From positions 12,090,001 through 12,154,000 of the forward strand of contig OU015566.1 of the NCBI GenBank assembly GCA_907165135.1: a stretch of 64,000 nt of DNA, read 5' to 3'. Source of the stretch: Oikopleura dioica (Eukaryota > Animalia > Chordata). Shown piece by piece: positions 37,791 to 47,679 of this stretch. Within the stretch, counting starts at the first letter, position 1. Each line of letters begins with the position of its first letter. The notes under the pieces are model-generated. The model was not told the DNA's origin and ran no database searches. It saw only the letters and a list, made by a program, of their open reading frames with translations. The translations under genes were made by a program, and so were the position numbers.

Positions 37791-38509
37791 AATGGATGAT
37801 ACAGTATCATTGACCTCTTCTTGCTCGTGGTTTCAATTCATCGAACAGAAATATTAATTTGTATAAAAACAATCTGTACCTAACACTGTCCATAAAAAAA
37901 AACAATAATGAATTCAGGATCGTCATGATTCTTTTTGCTATTTCTCGTTCTCTCGTCCATATGTTGATATTCTAATACGCCTCGTTTACAAATCAGAATT
38001 AAATCAGAAATTCTTCACGATTCTTGACGCCTTTTGCATTGACCTCAGCCTTCCTAAACACCTCCGATTAAGTTCTAAAATAAGCCTCTTATCATTTACC
38101 ATTATATTGACAAGTTACTATTTCTCATTTGCAGTTTACTCGAAAAATTTCCGCATCGCTTGGGTTGCGTTGTTGGGATTATGGCCGGAAACGGCTGTTT
38201 TTTAAGCTTTTTATTGAAAAAAAATCCATATTTTTCAAATAAAGAGACAACAAAAAGTCAGTTTTAACATGTGATACCCCTAATTTTTCAGAATCTTTTA
38301 TCATTTTTTTTGCAAATGCAATTGCGCTTTCTGTTACCGAGTTCCTCTAATTCTTTTTCTTTCAATCCTAACATATTCCTTCCTGCTCTCGTTTAATGTG
38401 ATAGTACATTTTAATAAACTTGCTCATTCAAAAGTATATTTCGTACTTATTCCCTGGAGCCAGGATCTGGTGATGTTGTTTTTCTGTTAAATATTAGCTA
38501 AGCAATTTC

Positions 38510-40232
38510 ATGTTGAGTCGAGCCAGAGTGCTTCATTGTTCCGTGCTTCGTAAGATGGCAAATCAGAGTGCTAAAGAATTCCTCAAATACGTGAATGCGA
38601 GTCCCTCGCCTTATCACGCAGTCGCCGAGTCTGTCAAGCTCCTCGAAGCTGCCAACTACAAAAAAGTCTCAGAGGTACTTTTTTCTCCTATTTCAGTTCA
38701 CTTTATTAATTTAAGAGAGACGAATGGAATGTGAAACCTGGAGACAAGTTCTATGTTGTTCGAAATCAGTCGATGATTACTGCGTTCGCCGTCGGTGGAA
38801 AATGGAAGCCCGGAAATGGCTTCTCAATCGTCGGAGCTCATACTGACTCCCCTTGTCTTCGCGTTAAGAAGAAATCCGATCAGTCTAATCACGGCTCAAT
38901 CAAAGTGGCTGCAGAATGGTATGGCGGTGGGATCTGGAACACTTGGTTTGACAGGTAAAATTCAATAGGAAAGACAAATGATTACCAGGGTTTTAGAGAT
39001 CTCAAGCTCGCTGGGCGTGCCATGGTTCGCCAAGCCGATGGAAAAGTTAAACATCAACTCGTTCACATAAACAAGCCGATTCTAAGAGTCCCTAATCTTT
39101 GCATCCACTTGAATAGGGGCGTGAACGACAGTTTCGGTCCAAATAAGGAGACCGAAATGGTCCCTATTCTTGCCCAACAAGCTACTTATGAGCTCAATAA
39201 GCCTGCTGGGGAGAAGGATAATTCCTATGGAAGTGGAACCTCTATCAAGGGTACTTTTCTCCATTTATATTTATTTAAAATGTAATTATTTGCACATCTA
39301 CCGGGTCTTAATTTGAAATTAGGCAAACATCACCCGCTTTTCATCAAACTCTTGGAAGATGAACTCAAAGTCAAAGCTGAGGACATTCTCGACGTCGAAC
39401 TTTGCTTTGCTGACCATCAGGAGAGTTCCATCGGCGGTGTATTCGATGAATACATCTTCTCTCCTCGACTTGACAATCTTTGCTGCTGCTTTACTGCCCT
39501 CTCTGGTCTTACTGATGCTGACAAAAATCTCGCTGATGACGAGCAGTGCCGAGTTGTTACTCTCTTTGACAACGAAGAAGTTGGTTCTGGCTCTGCACAG
39601 GTTTTAGACCAAAAGTGCTTTCCTTACTCATGTTATGTTTAAGGGAGCTTGCACGAGCTTGATGGAATACATGCTCCGACGAGTTTGTTCCTCCACTACT
39701 AACCCAACTGCTTATGAACAGGCTGTTCCAAAGTCTTACATCGTTTCTGCTGATATGGTACACGCTCTCCATCCCAACTACCCAGAAAAGCACGAAAAGA
39801 ACCATCAGCCCCTTCTCGATCACGGAGTTACAATTAAAACCAACTCAAACCAAGTAAATTCCAATTTTTAACCAAGAAATAATCAATCTCAAGCGATACG
39901 CTACAACTGCAGTTACCGCTTCTCTTTTCCACCAAGTCGCCAACGCTGCCAACATTAACATTCAGGTAATCTCTCTTTTCCAAAGTATTGATTTAAAAGT
40001 CGTTTAGGACGTTATGGTCCGTAACGACTCCACATGCGGCTCTACAATTGGCCCGATCTCAGCTCAAGGGCTCGGAATGAGAACAATCGATCTGGGAGTG
40101 CCCCAGCTGTCAATGCACTCTTGCCGAGAAATGATGGGAACCAAGTCCGTCGAGGAGCTGCGACGCTGCATTGCTGTATTCTTCGAGAAATTCGCTGAGA
40201 TTGACCGAAACACTTCTGTCGATGATGAATAA
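38510..40232 (+). CDS. DNPEP: Aspartyl aminopeptidase (M18)
   Basis: [87 protein letters not shown]. Confidence 0.96.
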
Positions 40233-40395
40233 ATTTTTTCGCTGTCCAAAGTTTCAAAAAATTTAATTTTCAGATCTTCTTCTTATTTTTTTTTCTGCAA
40301 GCATACATGTTCATGAAAAGGAAAAATCTCATGCTCACCAATAAAGTTCATTTATTCAAGGAACCAGATCAAATTTTATGTTCTTCGAACGTAGA

Positions 40396-41746
40396 ATGAG
40401 AATCGTCTGGCTCTTATCAGCAGTAAGTGCTCTTTATTTTGAAATTTCCGAAAGAGACAAGAAATGCTTTATCGAGGAACTTCCCGAGGATACACAGATG
40501 ACTGGCAAATATCTTGTCCAGCTTTTTGACAAGCAAACCAAGGTTTGTTTTACAACTGAGGAATTTGTTCTTATCATTGTTTTTTTCTTATCAGGAATGG
40601 AAAGAAACGGCCCCGGGCTTTGGAATGCATGTTGATGTTACTGATCCAAGAGACAAGGCTGTTCTCTCACGAGCTTATGGAGCCCAAGGAAGAGTGAGAG
40701 AAGACCCTATTTATTTGAAACTAACTCATAAATTCAGTTTACTTTTACATCTCATCACCCCGGCGAGCACAAAATTTGTCTGGCCGGAAACTCTACCAAC
40801 TGGTCTTCCTCTGGTCGACTCCGAGTTCATCTTGACTTACAGGTGAGAAAGTCTTTAGAGGAACTTTATTATCTTTGGCGACGTTCCAAATTTCGCGCGT
40901 TCGCGTAGGTGCTTGCTCTATCACAACGAGGGATAGTTTAATCACAGTAACAATGCAAACTAATGCCCCCTTCTATTACAGATCGGCGAGGACCGTGAAG
41001 GATACAAAGAAATCGCTGAAAAGGAGAAACTCTCGGAACTCCAGCTCCGCGTCCGACAACTTCTCGATCAAGTGAATCAAATTCAAAAGGAGCAGAACTT
41101 CCAGCGCTCCAGAGAAGTCAGATTCAGAAAGACATCGGAAAACACAAATGCAAAGGTCTTTTGGTGGGCGGCAGTTCAGGTACAGTATCTGAGATAGTTT
41201 ATCTCGCGAATATTTGTAGGGTGAATTTACAAAAAATCAACTTTTAATCTAGGGGTTGTACGGCTTTCAAATTATGTATGGGACTTCTCCCATGCATATG
41301 AATTTCATATTAAAATTTTTTTTCCAAAAATATCATGTGATTTTCTTCTAGCGCCCTCTAAAGTAGCCAAAAAAGTTAATTCTTGAGCTTCACTAAATTT
41401 TTTTTTTGAATTATGATCAGAAACCGACGGCGCATCGATTCCGACCCAAAAGAGCACTCAGACTTGAGGCGCTCAAAAGATAGTCCTTTATCGGGGCGAA
41501 AAGGGTTGAAAAACGAAAAAAAAATTTTCGAAAAAAAAAATTTTGTTAAGAACTCGGGCATGATCTTTCACCATGCCGAGTTTCAACAAGATAGGATTTA
41601 TAGGGAAAAAGTCGATTTTTTTGTAAATTCACCCTAAATATTTGACCTGGAATTCAATGAAATCTTAGGTTTTGATCCTTATCGGCGCCGGCATGTGGCA
41701 AATGAAACATCTCAAAGGCTTTTTCGAAGCCAAAAAGCTTGTTTAG
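40396..41746 (+). CDS. TMED9: p24 alpha family GOLD-domain protein (TMED9/TMED4)
   Basis: Signal peptide, [59 protein letters not shown], terminal [12 protein letters not shown]. Confidence 0.92.
41217..41636. mobile_element. Non-autonomous hAT-type MITE in the last intron of TMED9
   Basis: Terminal inverted repeats TAGGGTGAATTTACAAAAAA(A)TC(A/G)ACTTTT, flanked by a perfect 8-bp direct repeat AATATTTG (41209-41216 and 41637-41644). No ORF. Confidence 0.85.
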
Positions 41747-42209
41747 AAGAATATATTTCAACAGAAAGAATCTTAGAATGCTTCAAATTCCAACCTGTAG
41801 CTCAAAAACATCACTTCATTGTACCGCATTATCCCTTCATCAATCGAAAATTGAATGCTTCATAAATACAACCTTGCAAATCTCTTCATCCGAATCATTG
41901 TACGGTAGCAATTAACGCAAACTTCTGACTGTTAAATCTTTCAAATTGTCTTTTGCACAATATTTTTTATGAAACCTCACTCCTGCTCCTAAATTGATCG
42001 TTTTGTACTGAATTCTCGAATTAGATTTGAATTAATTCTCCTGTGCCGGGTCCCGCTAGGTGCAATTATTGTTCCTTTACTATGAAAAAAAACCTTTTTC
42101 TTTCAATCCTCGGTTGCCTTGACAATCATAGTTTGTTATTTCTAGAGCGCTCCTCCGCGTGGATTTGTTTGTTATCACGGATTGAACCGGCGATAAATCA
42201 GCTTTTAAA

Positions 42210-44586
42210 ATGAACCGGTCTAAGTCAGCGCGCTCCGCGTATTCCGATGATTCCAGAGATGAAGGAGACGACTCCACGAGACAAGAACATGCAAAGATTC
42301 TGCAAAGGTATAAAAAGAATGAGAGACAACAGCTGTGTTTTCCCAGGCTTTCGTTTTATTGAGGATTGAGAATTTTTACGATGAAATTATAGCCTGCGAA
42401 TAATTGAGGGCGAGAAGAAAAGATGCCAAAATCAGTTTACTTTGGACTCGCGCAAAGACAAGAAGAAGATTGACCTTCTTCTTCGAGAAAAAGCTGAACT
42501 CGAGAAAAACATCAACTTAGCTCAGTCCCAGGTAAAGCCCTCTGCATCCTTTACAAAGTCCGAAAGAACATGTTTTCAGCAAAATAGACACAGAGATCAA
42601 GTTAATGAAACTGAGATTCGAACAACTCAGCACGATGTTGACATGCTCGACGTTGAGCTGGAGGAAGAGCGCAAGATTGCGGTAAAATAAAACATCAAAG
42701 ATCGTAAAAAACTAATAATTTATAATGCAGGCTGAGCTGGATGCGCAAATCCGAGGGAATCAGAAATCGAATCAGAATACACGTGTTCGCAGCGCGACGC
42801 TTTCGCAAAAAGCTGCCCGCGGAGCTAATGCCACTCGAGACTCAAAAGTCAATGATATCGAAGGGCGGCTTTACAGAGCGAACGCAAAGTACAACCAGAC
42901 AGTCGCTTATAATGCGCAGAAGCGGACTGAAATCCAAACGTACCGACTTGAGCACAGGTAATTAGGCTTGCAAAATATAAATATCAAAAAGATACCGCAA
43001 GACGCGGGAGAGAAACCACGAGTTTCAAAATTTCACTTTCTCTTTCAGAAACTTTGAGCAAGCAGAGCGCAAAATTGACAAGAAACTCAAAGCCGTGAAA
43101 AAAGAGACGCAACAAATAATGGAAGCGAGCGCGATCGCATACGAGCAGCGCGAAGATGCCAAGACAAAGCACGCTAATCAACGAGAGCGCTCAGAGAAAG
43201 AGCTCGCCCAATACAACTCAGATATCAAACAGCTCGAGAGACTCAACGAGAACCATTTCAACCTCAAGGTCTTCATGGAAAATAAGAATCAAGAACGCAT
43301 GGAAGTTAATACTGGACCGAGGTACGGACGAATATCATGTTTTCAACGATCAATCCTATTTTTTCTAGTCAGCGAGCTCTTCAAAAACGCCGTGATCAGG
43401 AGTTCATGTTGGCCAAGTGCGAGCATAACTGGAAACAAATCCAGGAGATCACAGGAACAGACGATATTTCCGTCATGGTGGAGCAATTCAACGAAACTGA
43501 ACGCGAGAACTTTGCCTTGTTCAACTACAATAACGAGCTCAACAACAACATTGAGCACGAAAGCGATGCGATAGCAACTCTGAAAGCGAGATTTACGTAT
43601 GACTTTTCATCCGCTTCAATATCGTTACCTTTTGTAGCTCTCAATCCACCACCTCGCTTCTCAACGACGACGAACGCAACGCCATGCTCATCGCTACGAA
43701 GGAAACCCTAGAAGAGAGCGACAAAGCCATGACAACTGCGATGAATTACCTTCAACAATCCAATGACGAATTCGAGATGCTTACTCAGGGAATTACCCAG
43801 CTTACTAAGCAACTTTCTCTTGATGTTTCGATTGAGCACAATAATGAATTGATGGATGTTCTTGGCGCGATGGAAGACCGCATCAACGAGCTTATCGGTA
43901 AATTATCTTGATGTTTCTCGTTCCTTATTTTTCATCCTCACGTTAGCCGCGAAAGCCGTCATCGTTGAAGAGCTCGATCCGGACATTCATCATACAGCTC
44001 GACTGCTCGTTCCAGGACCACCACCTCTTCCAATCGAGGAACGCAGCGCCTTGTTTTCTGCTCCATCAACTGGGTAAGCGTTTTACAGTAAAACTTTTAC
44101 TCTCAAGTTGAGAGTCTCAACTTGGCAGGATTTCATTTTGTTTAGTGATCTGGCAAACAAGTTACGAAAAAATAAGTTCTTGCAGCTTTTGAAAGGGTAA
44201 TCACTTTACGCATTTATCATCGACCAACTCATTTACCAAACTCGCATTTATCGACGGTTACTTCTCATGCAAGAGCATTTTGCTAATGCATAATCAGGCG
44301 CACTTTCCTTAATTGTATTTACAAATTCTGATATAATTTTAGTGACGCACCAAATAATGAGCAAAAAGAAGACATGATCATCTCGTCCGTACCGCTTGAT
44401 TTGGACGAGCTTCGACTCCGTGTTCGCGAAAAACGCGAACGAGAAGCTTCATCGCTCAACCCCGAGTCTTCCCAGAAGTTCGAAACTACTAGCGAGAAAC
44501 CCTTGACATCAGAGTCGAAGATCAGAAGTCGACAATCATCCATGGCAACATCTCAACCACCAAGCAAGCAGCTCGAAGAGGCCTGA
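42210..44586 (+). CDS. ODAD1: Outer dynein arm docking complex subunit ODAD1/CCDC114/CCDC63-like coiled-coil protein
   Basis: IEGRLYRANAKYNQTVAYNAQKRTEI, SAIAYEQREDAK, FNETERENFALFNYNNELNNNIE, LGAMEDRINEL are DC2-family motifs. GT-AG introns maintain the frame. Confidence 0.8.
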
Positions 44587-44989
44587 AACTTCACATGACA
44601 TTTTTCCACCATAACAAGTACCCTTTCTCATTCCTATCTTCCGCTGTACTTCTTCGCAATGAATCATGATTTCTTTCAATTTATTTAAACCAAAATTTTT
44701 CTATAGTTCAACTATTTTTCTATCCGCTATTTATAAATATATTTTTATATGAAAAAGATAACTCTATCTTCTGATTAAGACTCTTTTATCGCTTTTGAAT
44801 AGTCTTAATTTCTCCTGACTCTTTTTTTAAAAATGCTAAATTTAGACGAGAGAAAATTATGTCATGACAACATCTGACAAAATCGGCCAAAAAAGTGGTT
44901 TGAGTAGGGCCATCAAGGTGCTTATATTATGCGTTGTGTGGTATGCGAGCTCGTCGGCGTCCAACGTCATTAACAAAATCGTTTTGAAC

Positions 44990-45404
44990 TGTAGTGCTTT
45001 TATAAATGCAATAACAAATGTTGGAGACTAAGGGCGTTTTGTTGTGGGGGTAGTTAAAACAACTACGGAGCGTTTATTGTACTGACAGAACAGTCAGTAG
45101 GAGCAGGATTCGTTTTTCAGAAATTTGTGGTATTGATGTTGGCGCAGATTGGTACAGACTGGCACAGAGTAAAAAGGGTGCTTCTTTTTATAGCATTTCG
45201 TTCCGGGTGGCGGGTTTTCATCGGGCCTCACGAGCCGAGGGTGGCGGTGGAATCGGGTGAGTGCGCTTTACGACAGAAGGTGGTGGCGGATTCAGAGGGT
45301 GGTAGTGGTTTTGAAATGCGCGCGCTAATGGCTTTATGGCCATTGCGCGCGGCGGAAATCAACTTTGTTGCAAAAGTCATACTTGCATATATTAATCCAC
45401 TACA
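44990..45404 (-). repeat. 3' LTR
   Basis: Identical to 52870-53284 on line-by-line comparison. Minus-strand TATAAAAA (45192-45185) and AATAAA (45078-45073). Confidence 0.97.
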
Positions 45405-45406
45405 AA

Positions 45407-45418
45407 TCCTTCCCTCCT
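45407..45418 (-). promoter_or_regulatory. Polypurine tract of the LTR element
   Basis: Minus strand AGGAGGGAAGGA, 2 nt before the 3' LTR start. Confidence 0.85.
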
Positions 45419-45444
45419 AGAATTTATGACTTTTGCACCTGATT

Positions 45445-46539
45445 TTAACCAAAGAGCAGATCACGCCAGTTGTCATCTAGCATTTCAACCATGTTGCCGC
45501 TGTCAGTGTTGCTGGAAGATTGAGCTGAAGGAAAGGGGTCGTCAAGAGGCGGATCGCCAGGTGTTTGGTTGCCAAGGACGTCCGGGGCGGAGCTCATCGG
45601 GCCATAACTCAGCGCTGGAACTGACGTTGGAGGTTGGGCTGGTGCCTTAGCCGTCCGGGAGGTATCAGTTGTCAACTGAGTCTGAGTGACCATGTCTTTT
45701 TTGGAGCTAGTAGGGAACGTCGTCGGTGGCAGTTGCTGTGGATCCGGGGCTCTTGGATGTTCCATCATCGACAGAGACGTTGTGGCTGGAGTTGCCGGCG
45801 CGATCGTCACCAGGGGTCTGGGCAGGTGCTCAGTCATATCATTCTGTGGGGCAGCTGGCATCTCAGGCTGGTTGCGCTCGGTTGTCATCGTTGATTGCGC
45901 TTGGTCATCTAAGTCGTTATAGAAGGCTTCATCTTGTTGGTTCTGGGACTGGGTAGGCAGGGCGAACTTAGCGAGTAAGTCTGACAGGAAAGTCTCCAAT
46001 AGGGAATTAGCTTCTTTAAGTTCAATTTGAAAGTTTGGATAGTTAGCTAATTCCCGCCAGACTTTTCGACGTGCTAAAAAGTGTTCTTCGTAGTTGTTGA
46101 TGACCACATTCGCAAACTGCGGGATCGGCCTAAATGACTTTAGTAATTCAACCACAGCTGCCGTCTTTGTCTGCCAGCGAAGAAGGGACTCCCCTTTCAT
46201 GCACTCGTTTTTCCAACAGTCTATAATACTTTCGAATGCTTCTTCAGGAAATGCCCGATTTTGCAGTCGATCAAGGGCTCGTTCTTTTGCATACCGGATA
46301 CTTCCTGTTAAATCGAGTAGTCGAGACCATTTCGGGTCAAGGAAGATTGTTGGCACGTGAATTCCAAAGATTGACGGTAGTACATACCGTTGGAACATTA
46401 CCTTGCCACTGTCATTCATTCGGAAGAAGTGGCAGTCAAGGTTGGTAGTTGCTCCCTGGGAAGGCATTTTCAATTTCTTGAACTTGCGTTTGGCTTGTGT
46501 ATTTTGATACTGGGCCAGGGAGTCTCGTTTCAAAGCCAT
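45445..46539 (-). CDS. Accessory ORF of the LTR element (364 aa, soluble, not env-like)
   Basis: Intact ORF with a basic KRKFKKLK stretch, a predicted helical core, a Pro/Thr/Ser/Gln-rich half and an acidic-hydrophobic end (EMLDDNWRDLLFG). No signal peptide or transmembrane segment visible. Confidence 0.8.
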   Translation of the reverse strand: MALKRDSLAQYQNTQAKRKFKKLKMPSQGATTNLDCHFFRMNDSGKVMFQRYVLPSIFGIHVPTIFLDPKWSRLLDLTGSIRYAKERALDRLQNRAFPEEAFESIIDCWKNECMKGESLLRWQTKTAAVVELLKSFRPIPQFANVVINNYEEHFLARRKVWRELANYPNFQIELKEANSLLETFLSDLLAKFALPTQSQNQQDEAFYNDLDDQAQSTMTTERNQPEMPAAPQNDMTEHLPRPLVTIAPATPATTSLSMMEHPRAPDPQQLPPTTFPTSSKKDMVTQTQLTTDTSRTAKAPAQPPTSVPALSYGPMSSAPDVLGNQTPGDPPLDDPFPSAQSSSNTDSGNMVEMLDDNWRDLLFG

Positions 46540-46585
46540 GCGCGGTGCTTATTGGCCGCCCCAAGGCGAACTGTGCCGCGCCTAA

Positions 46586-47172
46586 TTATTTTCCCACGGT
46601 TGATATTTGGTTTGTGTGTATATTTGATGCTTCTTCTGTGAGCATTTGAGTTTTGTCACCAGTTCTACTCCACACGAGCAGAATCGGATGCTTAGATGCT
46701 TCTTCTGTGAGCATTTGAATCGCAGTCATCAATTCTTCTCCACACGAGAAGACTCGTTTGATGATAATTTTTGGTGCTTCTTCTGTGAGCATTTGAATCG
46801 TAGTCATCAATTCTTCTCCACACGAGAAGACTCGTTTGATGATAATTTTGGTGCATCTTCTGTGAGCATTTGAATCGCAGTCATCAATTCTTCTCCACAC
46901 GAGAAGACTCGTTTGATGATAAGCTGTCGAGTACATAATTTTTGAGTTTTTATTGCTTCTTTTGTGAGCATTCGAGTCTCTTTCATCAGTTCTTCTCCAC
47001 ACGAGCTGAACCAGATGACACTCAGGGTTCGAGTACTAAGCTGCATGCGAAGCGGGCAATTTTCGCTTCTACTGTAGTCGTGTAACGTGCTTCTGAAGGT
47101 AAATCTGAACCCGTTTGGGCCCATTGGGAGCAGACTCCAACAGTTGTAGAGGTCAACGCGTCCAGTAGCCAT
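46586..47172 (-). CDS. Candidate repeat-protein accessory ORF (~195 aa if one A is restored)
   Basis: MATGRVDLYNCWSLLPMGPNGFRFTF... followed by SCGEELMTAIQMLTEEAPKIIIKRVF repeats. ORFs 46807-47244 and 46586-47002 join if the A4 run in the 77-bp unit is A5, as in the neighbouring 78-bp unit. Confidence 0.45.
46629..47006. repeat. Five-copy tandem repeat with a ~51-bp conserved core
   Basis: Core gcttcttctgtgagcatttgaatcgcagtcatcaattcttctccacacgag starts at 46629, 46698, 46776, 46853 and 46955 (periods 69, 78, 77, 102). Confidence 0.93.
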
Positions 47173-47679
47173 CAAATTGTGCTGTGCGGGCTGTGGCAGG
47201 GTTTGATAAGCAGGTTCCTTCTGCTGACTAAGCTGACTTACCACGGATATTTTTCATGAGCTGATGCGGGCTCATGGCACTTGAACTTGAACGTTGCTAT
47301 AGCGGGTGGTGATGGACTTCCAGCATACAGTCGAAATTCTTATCGAAGGTCCAAGAAGATAATCGTTTTACATTCCTAGGGTACGGTGTTGGTTAACTCA
47401 GTGCATCGTTGTCCCGGCGGTAATAACTTCTCCCCCTTAGTAAACGAATTCTAGAGATCGATCAGGGATCTAGAATGGAACGGGTGCGTGGACATATCAA
47501 GAGCAAGATATCTCATTCCACGCTATTTTTGAAAATAGTTTTAGTGCTTTTGAGATGGCGCTAAATTAAGATTTTCAAAAATGTAAACTTAGAGCAAGAA
47601 CAAGCTCTCTCTTCACAGTGGGCTCATGAGAGTGCAAACCAACAATGCATCTCTCCCCTTCCCCTCCTCTTTTAGGAAC

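Noticed and set aside
40843-40981. Possible snoRNA in a longer TMED9 intron
   Set aside because: No convincing C/D or H/ACA box arrangement could be established by eye.
45127-45420. Plus-strand ORFs in both LTRs (45127-45420; 53007-53435 reading into SLC35E1)
   Set aside because: They start at GTG, are antisense to the element and have no recognisable product. The fusion to SLC35E1 is a by-product of the insertion frame.
45445-46539. Calling the third ORF env
   Set aside because: No signal peptide, TM anchor or evident fusion-protein Cys pattern.
46629-47006. CRISPR-like appearance (conserved ~51-bp core with variable spacers)
   Set aside because: Eukaryotic retroelement context, no cas genes, spacers are related to each other and uneven in length. 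It is a degenerate tandem repeat.
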